Below, one piece after another: positions 11,866-23,463 of a stretch of DNA of 49,441 nucleotides. The stretch spans positions 965,986 through 1,015,426 of the forward strand of contig MU058045.1 in the NCBI GenBank assembly GCA_013265495.1, read 5' to 3'. The DNA comes from Vicugna vicugna. Taxonomy: Eukaryota. A model generated the notes under the pieces. The model was not told where the DNA came from and made no database searches. It saw only the letters and a program-made list of their open reading frames with translations. The stretch's first letter is position 1. Every line of letters begins with the position of its first letter. Made by a program: the position numbers and the translations under genes.

Positions 11866-12345
11866 TGAATATATCAGCCAGGTTTCCAGGATGAAATAGA
11901 TGGCATGCTCACCTGGGTGACTTACGGAGCCGGAGGCAGGGGTGAGGGAGCCGACAGGAGATGTCAGGGCACCAGGGCTCAGCAGTAGTGGGAAACTATT
12001 ACCCCACACGAGCCACTCCCATGCCACAGAAGCAAGGGAAGAAGACTCTTTCTGAAGCTTAGTGAGAGCTGGAGCCAGGGAAGAGGACAGCAGACGGGAC
12101 GCGTGGTTGTCAGTGGGCATGGCCATTGCCAGAACCGCAGTGCTGCAGCAAGGAGGAGACAGAGGAGGGCTGCCGGCCTCTCTGGCTCCCGACCTCTGAT
12201 CCAGCCAGCGCCCCCGGTGGCCAAAGCCAACCGGAAACTGGAGGCAGGAAGTCCCAGTGATGTCGTGCCTGGATGGCAGCCGCCCGCCATCCCAGGTGTG
12301 GGGAGGAGGAGGGGGAGGATCCAGAGGCAAACGGAAAGTAACCAG
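11866..12345 (-). mobile_element. LTR33-like ERVL solo LTR
   Basis: Reverse strand has ...cttcctgcctccagtttccggttggctttggcca... and ends gccatctatttcatcctggaaacctggctgatata, resembling the recalled LTR33 consensus. Confidence 0.65.
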
Positions 12346-12539
12346 CTCAGTGAGAGATTTAGATCCATGGGTTTTTATTTTGTTGGCAGTGGTAGAGATC
12401 TTTGTTAAGTACGTAAATTATGTATTGTAGTGACTATTGACGTGGAGTATTTAGGACCCTGGTGAATGTGTTGTTTTTTTAAAGGTAATTTTTCCCCCAA
12501 ATACCTACCTGCTGTTTTACTTTCTGACTCTTCTATTTA

Positions 12540-13620
12540 CTTTTTATTTTGAATATATATTTTAGCCAACAATATAACAGAGGTACACCCTGAGAAATTT
12601 CACTTCTCTCCCTAATCTGCTTCACTCCCCCTTCCCCACAAAGGTAACCGCTTTTACCACCTCCTTGTGTGTCTTCCTCGTGTGTCTTTGCAGATACAAG
12701 CAAATATGAAAAAATGTGTGTCATATCCTTGTCTTCCCATATGTCTTCTGCACCTGGCGCATACGTTATTTCACATGTGCATAGGTATGTCTGTAGGACA
12801 GATTCCCACATGTGGCAGTTTGGATCAGTTTTGCCAGCTTGCCCTCTGTAGGGATGTGTGGTTTGGTACTTCCAGCAATGTCGTGTGAGAGCATCTCCCA
12901 CAGCCTTGCTGAAAGTGTGTCGCTCAGCTTTTGGAATTTTGCCAGTCTGGTGGATGGAAAACATTTCATTGTGTTAGATTGAACCACGTGAAATTGCAGC
13001 TTGTGTGGGTCAGAGATGGTAGTCTATCGGTAATTTGTATGGTTCAACCCAACAGCTTTATTTTGTAATTTTCTCATGACTGAAACAGTACCTTTTGATA
13101 TATTTATTTTAACAATTGTTTGTATTTCTTTTTTGTTCTGAACAGTCTGTTGATGATCTTGGTGCATTTTTTTCTTTTGCTGGTCTTTTTCTTACCAATT
13201 ATAAGGAGCCCTTTATGCATTAGGGAGAAGACTCTTTTGTGATAATAAGTTTCAAATTTTTTTTCTAGTTTATTTGTCTTCTGACTTTGCTTATGGTTTT
13301 TTCTTTACCACTGAAAGTTTCTAATTTTTTTTTTTTTGTAATTGTAATGATCCGACTTTTGAGATATTTAGAGTTTGAGTCTTGGTAAGGTCATCTTCAC
13401 TCCAAGGACATAAGGGAATTCTTCTGTGGATTTTTTTCCTAGAACTGTAACGGTTTTGTTCATTGCATTTAAATTTTTGATCCATTTAGAGTTTATCCTG
13501 TTCTGAGGTATAGATTTAACTTTTCCTTTTTCCAGTTGGCTACCCAGTTGTTTCAGCACCATTTATTTCATAAATCTGTCTTTATTCATACTGATTATGG
13601 AAGTAACCATGATCATACAC
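12540..13620 (-). mobile_element. Old L1 (L1ME-like), 3' UTR and ORF2 C-terminal remnant
   Basis: ORF 13368-13562 contains INSKWIKNLN, resembling L1 ORF2 INSRWIKDLN; L1 motifs cccagttgtttcagcaccatttatt and aattttgccagtctg. Confidence 0.85.
12974..13052. mobile_element. MADE2-like mariner MITE nested in L1
   Basis: ~80 bp with terminal inverted repeats ttagattgaaccacgtgaaattgc / gtaatttgtatggttcaacccaa. Confidence 0.8.
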
Positions 13621-13874
13621 TAATTTGGAAGATTAATTTTAAATCCTAGCAATTTACTTTTAACTTTTTGGTTGGAAATATTTTAAGGAATGTCACATAA
13701 TTTATGTATCTTCTTTTACATGTACAATGAATGTGTGTTTGAAAAAAAGGATACGTATTTACTGAATAAGATGAACAAAACTTGGGAAACGAAAAAACCC
13801 TAATTCTGTTATTTACCTATGTTTATATTTTTATTTGTACATGACATAGAAGTACACACACAGATGCGTGCACA

Positions 13875-14545
13875 CACACATTAGGTGAAGAATAAGCTGT
13901 TAAAACAACCATATTGGAGCAGCACAGTGGCTTATACAACATAGAACTGTATTTCTGTTTCATGAAACAGCCCCTAGGTGAGCAGTCTGAGTTAGAAAGG
14001 AAGGTCTCCTCTCCACTGGGTCATTCTTTTTTTTTTTTTAAGTCTAGTATATTGAGGCTTAACTTAGATACATTAAAATTAAACAGTTCTGAGTTGACAA
14101 ACATAATATAGTTGTGTAAACAGCATCACAGTCAAAATATTAAATATCCCTACCACCCTCATACTCCTGAGTGGTCAGTCCCTCCCCTACTCCCCACACC
14201 CAGTCCCTGACAATCACTGATCTGAGATCTGTCCCCAGTGGTTTTGCCTTTTCATGGTTTCATTCTTGGCCCACTCTCTCTCTCTCTCTCTGTCTTTTCC
14301 CTCCACTATGCTGTATGGCTCCTCACCGCATAGTCAAAACAAGGTCACAGGCACACATCACTTCAGGAAAAAGGAAGGTACATTAATATGCACTGCTAAT
14401 GTTTTCAGACCTGGAATGAGGCACATCACTTCTGCTCGTTTTCCATTAGTGAGAACCTAGCTGATGCCCACCAAACCGGGAAAGGTGCTCCACTGCTGCC
14501 GAAGGAGGGGAAAGTGGGTTCTTGTGGGCTAACCTAGCAGTCGCC
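13875..14545 (-). mobile_element. Old MLT1-type MaLR LTR interrupted by an L1 fragment
   Basis: cagtggcttatacaacatagaa...tatttct and gcacatcacttctgctcgttttccattagtgagaac are MLT1J/K/H-like motifs. Confidence 0.6.
14026..14255 (-). mobile_element. L1MA/MB-type 3' end
   Basis: Poly-T, then tattgaggcttaactta...gttgtgtaaacagcatcacagtcaaaata...aatcactgatctg...gttttgccttttc. Confidence 0.8.
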
Positions 14546-14559
14546 CCTGCAGCCTGGCC

Positions 14560-15190
14560 ACCCACGTAGCCACAGCCGTCTGTTGTCCACACAGAGAACA
14601 CAACCTCTCCCTGAGGGAGACAACCCCAAACCCCACCCAGTTACTACATCCAACTCAAAGGCCAGAGTTTCTGAGCGATGGAAAGTCTTCCCCAGTAGGT
14701 TCTGAGGTGGCTCCCTGTGGTCCAGTGACCTCAAAATTCAAACACGAGAAATTTGTCTCTTCCCCTCCCATCTTTCCCAGGATTATGGTTTCTTTAAAAA
14801 CTCATGGGACACTCGTCCAGTGTGCCAGGAACCACATCCAAGTTCCATTTCTGTACATAGTTCTGGCTGATTTTCTGACTTCCAGCTAGACTCGTGTGGT
14901 CTTCTTTTTAAAAGCAGCTACCTTGGGGTGACCTGAAATGATGGATTTAGAAGGCATGGCAGTGAACCTCATCTCTGCCATGGGGCTGAACCTCTTTCTT
15001 TGGCTTCATGGAAATGAAAGACTCCGAACCCTCACAGTCTCATCTCCTGCTGTTCAAGCTACAGCAGTACCTTCCCAACCAGTTTTCTAGACTTTATCCT
15101 TCCATCTCTGCTCATAAACTGGCCGGTTCTTGTATGAGCTCATCTCTTTCTTGCAACGGCTTGCTAAAAATCAACAAATTATGTATATAA
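14560..15190 (-). mobile_element. Probable MLT1 internal (MaLR-int) remnant
   Basis: Directly follows the MLT1 LTR; agggagacaaccccaaa...catccaactcaaaggccag resembles recalled MLT1-int sequence. Confidence 0.45.
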
Positions 15191-15449
15191 GCCTTCATCT
15201 CTTTAATTACATTGCATTGCCTTGAAATACAGAAATAGATATTGTCATGGCTATTTTAATAGAAAACTATTAAGCCGTCATCTACCTCCTGACTTAAGGA
15301 TAAGTCGGGCGGGTGGGAATAAATTCCTTAAAGAGCAGGGCTATACAATCAAACATATAAGGAAGTGTAACAGCATGGAAAGCACCATTGCTAGCACCAT
15401 TGATATGGCGGGAGGGGGGTAGATAGGGTGTTGACAGAGGAGTGTAAAT

Positions 15450-16860
15450 GTGCTCTAGAAATGGGTGAGGACATAGAGGATCCAGTATTTACTAGGTCTT
15501 TTTGTTTAGAGATTAGTATTAGAATAGGTCAGATGAGACATAACAACACGGAGAGTGTAAATGGTCCTCACTCAGAAAGGCTGTAACGGATAGCTTTTAA
15601 GGATGACCATTCTGTGTATTAGAGCACATGTAAGTAGTAAGTTTATTAATAAATAGCAAAGCAGTCTATTTGAAAAGACCAGTTAGATAGATAAAAGTAT
15701 GTCACGTGTAATGGCAGAAAAGAGGGGGCGGTGGGGACAGCTCAGTGGTAGAGTGTGTGCTTAGCATGCACGAGGTCCTGGGTTCAGTCCCCTCTACTTC
15801 AATAAATAAATGAATAAGTCAGTCAATCAAATCATCGCCCTCCACCCCAGAAAAACCCACATTAAAGAAAATCTCCCAGAAGACACTGGGCAGTTTTGTA
15901 AGCAAATTCTTTCAGATTTCCCAGGAAAAATAATTGTCATGGTGTATATAACCCGTTTCAGAGTACAGAAAAGGAGGAAAGCTTCCTGTTTCACTTTATG
16001 AAGTTGGACTAACTCTGATATCAAAACCCAACAAAGATAACATACGCTCACAAATCTGTAGGTCAGTCTCGCTTGTGAGTGTAATTATCCTAAAAAGAAA
16101 AATCCTAAGTAAAACATTAGCAAATTGAATCCAGCTTTCTATTAAAAGAGAAAAGCGTTGTGGCCAAGCCAAATCTCAAGAATGCAAAGAGAGGTTAGTA
16201 TTAGGAAATACATTAGCATGATTCATCACATTAGTAAATGGAGAAAAGCCAAATGATTACCTTAGTAGACACTGAAGAGGCATTTGCTAGAACTCAGTGT
16301 CTGTTCTTCAATTTTTCAAAAAGCCACTCTTCAAACTGTGAATTAAGGAGTACTTTATTAGTCTGCTAAAATAGTAACTGTTACACACTAAATGCTACCA
16401 TTTTGCTTGAAGGTAAAAAAATTAGAAGATCAGATCACAGATAAAATCAGAATGTCGCCTCTCCCTGCTGACAACGTGTCATTAATTTTGAAGACCTAAC
16501 CTCTGCAGTATGCAAATTAATTAATAAGGATAAATTAAAATTGTCATCATGTTTGTAAATATTTACAGTCTTCTACCTGGAAGATTCAAGAGAATGAGCT
16601 GAAACACTAAAAAGAACACCTTTGCCCATTATAAAATAAATATACAAAAGTTGTTTCCTCAGCCAGCACCCATAACCACTTAGAAAATGTTACAGAGAAT
16701 AGAGAAAAAGTCAAGTAGCTCCAGAAAAAAAAAAAAGTAGCTCCAGAAACTCAACAGGAAGTCGGACCTCTGAAGAAAACCATAAAACATTACTAAGCTT
16801 CGAAACCCGACTCCAGCTGAAGCAGAAGCCAGGTGAGCATTGTAATTGTCATTGTAGAAG
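15450..16860 (+). mobile_element. Old L1 ORF2 remnant (endonuclease start and RT region), degenerate
   Basis: gtgtaaatggtcct (NVNG-like); tttatgaagttggactaactctgatatcaaaacc; aaaatcctaagtaaaacattagcaaattgaatccagc (KILNKILANRIQ-like). Frames are broken. Confidence 0.85.
15724..15870 (+). mobile_element. Camelid tRNA-derived SINE (Vic-1 type) nested in L1
   Basis: cagctcagtggtagagtgtgtgcttagcatgcacgaggtcctgggttcagtcccc plus A-rich tail. Confidence 0.92.
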
Positions 16861-16869
16861 GTCACAACT

Positions 16870-17470
16870 CAAAGGAGGAACTGCAGGAGTCAGGGAAGCT
16901 CTGAGACCTTAGGCAGAAACACAGGATTCTCAAAGCTCTCAGGACTCTTTCCATTCAGACTGCAGGGTTCAGTTGTTCAGAGCGTGCACTGAGCAAGTCT
17001 AAACCTCAAGGCTTGACATTTATAGCCACGGTCATCGTAGATTTAGATATTTAGGGCATCAGACTTTATGTCACCGTTGTCACAGGAAGGAGCACTTGTT
17101 TCTATTGCACCCAACGTCACTATTTGGGTTAGTGGTTGGATTGATCCCACCCTGCCTTTATTTCTACTTTGATTTCACCTTTCCTGCCACAGACTGCCTT
17201 TCTCTTTGTGGTGGAGAACGTGGCCACAGCCAGTCCCACATTCAAGTCCTTCGTACTCTGTGGAAGAATTTCTTTCTTACAACAATTAGAAGAGTAGTGG
17301 GGAAGGTTTCTTTTTCATCTGGCTGGGGTCTTGTATCTATTCCGGAAACGTGGGCTGTTGTGTTCAGCTTATGAGCCTGTGGTCTAGGGCACAGGCACGC
17401 TGTTTTATCAGAAGGGTGTGCAGGTTGGTTGGAGCAATAATTGCCAGGCAGGAAAAGTTACAGCTCCGGA
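16870..17470 (-). mobile_element. Probable old MLT1 (J/K-like) LTR interrupting the L1
   Basis: Ends ...tggctggggtcttgtatctattcc...tgccaggcaggaaaagttacagctcc; L1-like sequence resumes near 17600 (attctaagttcatctagaag). Confidence 0.4.
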
Positions 17471-19769
17471 GAGATCTGAATAAATGTAGGTATATGCTGT
17501 ATTCCCAGGTAGGTTGGCTTAAATTGTAGAGATGCAGATCCCCGCCGACAAGTTAATGTATGAATTGCACACAGTCTGATTCGGAGTTCCAGGGAGAGTT
17601 TTGGGCCCACTTGACATCACGATTCTAAGTTCATCTAGAAGAAGAGACATGCATGGTGAGGACAGTAGGAAAATGCTACCCAGTGGAAGAGAATTGCCTT
17701 AATCCATGTTATTTTGTCATCTATTCCAGGCTTAAAATATGATCCAGTGTTGACATTGAATTTTTTAAGCCTTTCTTTCTGAACGATTTTTATATAACTC
17801 AAGGAATTATGAATTAGGTGGCCAGAGATCTAATATCTGATCGCCTTACATCACTCAGGTAATTTAGAATGTCTGTTGTGTACGAGATGCCGTGGGCTTT
17901 CCTTAGATGTAGAAGGCGTACGCCCCTCCCACCTGTCACTACTTCTGTTAGTCTTTTCCAACCAAAGATGGGCATTAGACATTTTAAATTTGTTGTTCTT
18001 ACATAGGACTCGGGGAGGAAGTTTGCCAAGATGAAAAGACCAGTAAGAAGACATAAAAGATGTGATCTGAAATGATAAGGGTGCGAACGAATTCAGGGGT
18101 TGGTGGGTGAGGAGCTCTAGCTGCTGCCACACCGCTGAGGGTGACGTGGGGTTGAATGCAGGGATACTTGTGAGATAGTCGTAAGGACCTGACACAACAA
18201 ATTTTCAAAGATGAGCAAGACGACGTATACTAACTGCCCTCGCCAAAGGAAGAATGAAGGGGTGGAGAGGAAACGTCCATTCAAAGAGTGTTTGTCTGGG
18301 GAATAAATGCCGATCAGAAAAACGGACGTTGGGATTTTGTTTCGTGTTTGCGAATGGCGCCCTTCTCAGGAAAGTAAACCCACGGTTGAAAAGGAAAGCT
18401 AATGTGTGATGCATGAAAATGCCTTCATAAACACATGTCATGTCTCGTTTCTTTGGCTCCTGAGACAATCGGGGACCCTTCAGCTCCGGAAATTCGTGAA
18501 AACAGGCAGGACAGATGTTTGTGTTCTGTGATTTGTGTTCATACCATGCGTAGGTCCAGTGATCGCGCCTGCGTAACCCCTGACGGTCTCTTCACCGCCA
18601 GGTGTTGGGGAGGTAAGATGATGGAGGCAAACCGGAGCTAAAAGGAGAGGAGTTTGCCTGACTTTCAGAGTAACAAAGAGCTTGAAAGGAGGCTTCGGGA
18701 AGGAGAAGCAGCCCTGCTGCGCTGACGGAAAGCAGTAGTGCCGTCAGTGTTCAGGAGCATCAGGAAGAATTCAGAAACGGGCGCCCCCTCCCCTCAAAGT
18801 CATGGGGGTTTCAGAACTAAAGCTCAGTTCCTCAGTTTGCTTCATAAAGGAAGTGCAGATACGGTAAGATTCTGCATTCCTGTAGAGCATATGTTTGGAA
18901 TTAATCACGTAACCACGGTTGCACCAGCTGAAGTCAGAACACAGAAACACATGGACAACCGTGGTGAGCTCTGAATCCAGGGGGAAAGGTCCCAGCAGCA
19001 GGGCTCGGTGCACGGGGGAGAAAGCTTTACCTGCCACCATGCCATCCAAGGGCCAAGAGCGTATGTGACTCCTCGATGGCCTCAGACAGTGAGCCCCCAG
19101 GCCTAAGGGAAGTGACCTTCATCAGCTCATGGAGAGGGAATGAAAGCGAGCGCGGACGTGAGACACTGACCAGAGAAGACCCAGGCGGCGACGTCAGCCC
19201 ATCTGGCTGATTGGTCACGGGCTGTGAATTCCCCACAAGCATCTTTCTTTTAAGCCCCATCTGCCCTCGCTCCTTAGAAGGACCTGGGCCTCTTGAGGAG
19301 CAGAAGAGGGGCGTTGGCAGGGACGGGTGCCACTCAGGTTTGGGGTGCTTTTCAGTTTTTTAAAGTTGGTCGACGAAAGTGGGTTTGCTCACAGAGAGTC
19401 ACTTAGAAGATGGGAGGAAGATAGGGCAGGAGTGGGGCAGGGTGAGGCACTTAGGAAAAGCCAGACAACTTGCTCCCTCAGCCTTTCTGTGGCCAGATGG
19501 TCTCCTGTGACCGGGTTCCAGGGCTGGCCAGGCTGTCAGAGGCAGGCAGCCCCCTCCTGCATCCAGCCTCGCCCGCAGCTCCCGCTCCGCTGGCTCCCAC
19601 ACTCCCCCACAGCCCTTCAGTGGTCGGTGCCGGAGCTGTCCCCCCTCGAGAGCAGAGGACTCCCCTGAATTCATTCATGCTCTGATCTTGGGGAGGGAAT
19701 GTGCTGTCCCCGTTCAAATGTGAGCAGAGTAAGAGAATGGCCGTGGCATACACAGGAACCTGTGGCAGA

Positions 19770-20068
19770 GGAATTTCACTGGAGGCCAAGGTGCCCACAG
19801 GGCTGGTTTCTGGTGAGAGCTCTCTCCTTGAGCGGCGGGCGGCGGCCTTCTAGGTGTGTCCTCATGTGGCCTTTCCTCTGTGAATGCACTGAGAGAGAAG
19901 GTCCTCTTCTTCTGAGGACATCAGCCCCACCAGATTGGGACCCCACCCTATGACTTCATTTAACCTTAATTTCCTTCTTAATTTGACCTGATCTCCAAAT
20001 ACAGCCACTTCGGGGGTTACGGTTTCAACATATGAGCAGGAGTTGGGGACAGAATTCAGTGCATAGCA
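19770..20068 (-). mobile_element. MLT1A-type MaLR LTR
   Basis: caaggtgcccacagggctggtttctggtgag...ccccaccctatgacttcatttaaccttaat...tctccaaatacagccac...ttcaacatatga...ttcagtgcatagca. Confidence 0.88.
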
Positions 20069-20238
20069 CCAGTACTCAGACATTGCCTGGTCCCTGCCAA
20101 TTCCACGTTCCCCCTCTCTGTGCTTTTTTAGAAGTTCTTTTCCATGCATCCTGCCTGTCCCGAGAAGTCTTTAAGTGGCAATTCAGCATTTCCAGTCTGC
20201 TCCCTCATGTCTATTCTGAAGAGTGGAACTGCCGAAGC

Positions 20239-20338
20239 ATTGATTGATTGATTGATTGATTGATTGCTCTGGGGATTGAACACAGGACCTCATGCATGCT
20301 AAGCACGTGCTCTACCACTGAGCTGTACCCCCGCCCCC
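20239..20338 (-). mobile_element. Camelid tRNA-derived SINE (Vic-1 type) with (ATCA)n tail
   Basis: (TTGA)n followed by ggggattgaacacaggacctcatgcatgctaagcacgtgctctaccactgagctgtacccc. Confidence 0.92.
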
Positions 20339-21061
20339 TAAAATTCTTATTTATAAAACACTGGGCTTCAGATGTTCCATCATCATTCGAAGCTGATCAT
20401 GATGGAGAAGCAGCAGTTGCCTTCCACCCAGGAATCTTCTTTTCAGGGATTCTGTTGTCCTGTTTCTAGCTCTCCCAAGTTATACGGCCTAGTGGGAAGT
20501 TTGCACATAGCAGAAAGCTCTGAGCTCTCCTCCTGTCTCCTCCAGTGGGAGATCCTGTCCCTCGTTTCTCGTGTCACACCACCCCTCTCGCTAAGGCCAG
20601 TCCTGGCCAGCAGCGCTGCAGCGTGTCATGGGACCAGGCCCTGTTCCCCGGGGGCTCAGCCACGTGATCTTCGTCAGTTGCTTCACCTGTCAGATGGAGA
20701 AAGTAAGACTGGCGACAGCAAATGGTGGCAGGTTAAATAAACACAACACCCTGGAGTGACTGCCAAGCCCAGAATGGATAATATAGGTGACGTACGAAGT
20801 GCAGTGTTTGTTTCAGAATCAATCCTAGTGTTTTATCTTTACGAGAATGTTTTCGAGGTGGGTCATCTGACCTTCTCGTCTTCCGTCTCACTGCGGTGAC
20901 ATCCCTGAAGCTCCCTCGGAAACCTGAAACATCCTTCCCCCATCTTTCCCCCAGGTTTTCATGCTCTCCTCTTTCAAAGCAGTCCCTAAAACCCCAGGCC
21001 TCCTGTGACGCCCTCCTGCACTGAGCGGTGGCCACTGTTCTGGGTGAAGGTCCCGCGGTCT

Positions 21062-21245
21062 CTCCCTGGGTTTGAGCCTGGCTCCGGGACTCACCAGCTC
21101 TGGGACCTTAGGTGCCCCTGTATTCTGTTTCCTGCCTGGAAACCGGGGGGGTGAATGATACCTACCCAACGGTGGGAGACCTGTGGGGATTGAATGAGTT
21201 GAAACATGCAGAGCCGCTGGAAGCGCGCCTGTCATTCAGCAGGGG
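21062..21245 (+). mobile_element. MIR SINE
   Basis: ctgggtttgagcctggctcc...gaccttagg...gatacctaccc...ggattgaatgagttgaaacatgcagagc. Confidence 0.7.
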
Positions 21246-22679
21246 CTCACTGGTCCTTGTCACCTTTCCTCTTCCGTCCTGTAGACCTGGAGGCCCGTGG
21301 CTACCGTCCCCTAGCAGTTATTAGTGATTTGACTCAACTCAGTAACATTGGCGAATTGAATTTAAATTCGCTTAGCCCACCAGTTCCCACCATGAAAGCT
21401 GTTAGACATTCATCTTGGGTTCCATTTTCTGTTGGATTACTTTAATCTGTATTGAAAATCGTCTCTAAAGAGTCTGCTTGCTGGCCGGGTGTAAGGCCAG
21501 GGACTTGGGGAGAGGGCCAGGGGCGTGACCTCTGAACACCACTGTATCCGCGGATTTGGGGCCTAGGAATGAAGGAGCAAATTCTCGAAAAAGAGCCAGA
21601 GGACGGCGGGTGTGGGGAAGCTTTGTTGGCTCAGAAGGAAATTCTGTCTTTTCCAGACCAACTTGAGGGAGTGAAGAGGAGGGTTTTGCCAGCCCCGGGC
21701 AGCTGAAGCCAACAGTGAAAGCTGGGCTCCGGAGGGGTCCAGGGCCCCCAGTTGAGAAGGGGGAGGCTTTTTAGTCAGAGGTGGGAGGAGGAAGCTTCCT
21801 CCTGGAGGCCCCAGAATAAAGTGTGCAGGGGATTAGCCCTTCGCAGGTAGCTGGAGAAATATGAGTGCTCGCTCTCTGTTCTGTTGGCTGTGTGATTAGC
21901 CTTCTGAAGTCTGTGTTGTGTTACGAGAGAGACAAGTTTAATAAATAGATTCTATTTTCGTCCAGAGCCAGGCTTGGACAGCCTTCTAAACCTCTACACC
22001 AGGAAGCCTCTTGGTCCCGTGTGCCTTCTTACTGTCTCTTCCACCACACGGTGGCTACACACCTAAGCTGTAGGGGTGGGTCTCCAGAGCCACCGAGCAC
22101 CAAAGGCCCACCGATTGGCACCACGGTTGAGAGTGTGGCACTGACTCTCAAGGTGCCTGTGCTCACACCCTTATAGGAGCCATATTCCGTGTCCATGTAT
22201 TTGTGTGACGTTTTCCTTTGACCGCGTAAAGGAATTGCCCAGTGGTCAGGGACAGCATCCGTCCACCGCTGGCCGGGTCCTGGACCTCTTAGACTCACAC
22301 TGCCTCTGCCCCCAATTCTGATGGCTCATTCCCGAATCCTGGTTCCGGTCTGGTTAGCTGGCAGTATCCAATGCTCAGGAACCCAGAAACGTACGAGAAA
22401 AACAACCCTGCTTCCCTAGTTCAACCAAGGCAAGGCTGGAGGAGTTCAGAAAGAACTTTTCCTTGGAAACAATAGCAAAATACACACAGCAGCACAAGTA
22501 GATGGACAAGTTCAAGGAGACTGGCCTGCGGACCAAGACAGAAGGATACTGCAGAAAACAGCCAGCCATGAAGACTGGCTGCAGACTCGCCAAAGCCTGG
22601 TTTCTTCCGCAGCTTGGAATCTAAGAATCCCGTAGAGCAAACTTGAGCAAAGAAAGCCCAACTTCTCTCCCACGGATAG

Positions 22680-23000
22680 ATTTTATCTGCAATTTGTAAC
22701 GTCTGTGTTCCAAAGAAGAAGTGGGGTAGCTTACAATAAAATGGGCTGTGTGTGTGTAAAATCTCAAAGCTGCTAAAGAAGAAATAAAAACTGTTCGAAT
22801 GTGGACAAGAACGTAAATAGAGTATATCAGATGGGTAAACTAATACGATGTTGGAGCCTCAAGTTTAGCACCAAGGAGAATTCTGGGAAACCAGCACAGA
22901 AAGGGACATGGGATGGGAGACACAAAGGTACTCTCTAACAGAAAAGAAACATACGTTTTCCAAGAAAGGCAAGCTTTCTCCTGGTACTGAATATTATATC
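22680..23000 (+). mobile_element. Possible ancient L2d-type fragment
   Basis: ttccaaagaagaagtggggtagcttacaataaaa resembles the recalled L2d end motif. Confidence 0.35.
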
Positions 23001-23411
23001 ACAGTAACCGAAGCATCTAATTCAACAGTGATTTTGTAAAATGCACAGAAACTCTGCCACTTGGTTGATACCAATGTTTGTTTGGGTTGGTACCACATTT
23101 AGATCTGACAAAATCCTCCTGCTTCCCGGAATTTGTTGCCATGCACACCGCGTTTTGCCACATCTCCTTCTGGAAGCTGACCTTAGGAACAGTGGGGAAC
23201 CCCTCCCAGTCCTCCCCAGCAGCAGACACGAGAGAGGAGTAAGCCTCCTGGGGACCAGTCAGCACAGACTGGTAAGAAGGGTGCGTCCTCTGAGCTGGCC
23301 CCCATCTCCACTCTCCCAAATGGGAGCTCTTGGTAGCATGATCAAGGCCTTTACCCACAAGTATATGTTGGACAGATGGGAGGTGATTAATTTGAGTTGA
23401 AATATGGAGAA

Positions 23412-23463
23412 CTATATCTATATCTATATTTATATTTATATCTGTATCTGTATCTGTATCTAT
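23412..23463. repeat. Compound (TATATC)n/(TATCTG)n microsatellite
   Basis: Read directly from the sequence. Confidence 0.9.

Noticed and set aside
12205..12222. CTCF-like motif GGCCACCGGGGGCGCTG (- strand)
   Set aside because: One base short of the core spacing and inside an LTR relic; similar near-matches at ~1640 and ~37600 also fail on spacing.
11662..12330. 222 aa ORF, the longest in the window
   Set aside because: Runs through an LTR33-like element, has a non-ATG start and resembles no protein I recognise.
13368..13562. ORF with similarity to a real protein
   Set aside because: The similarity is to L1 ORF2p; it is a decayed retrotransposon fragment.
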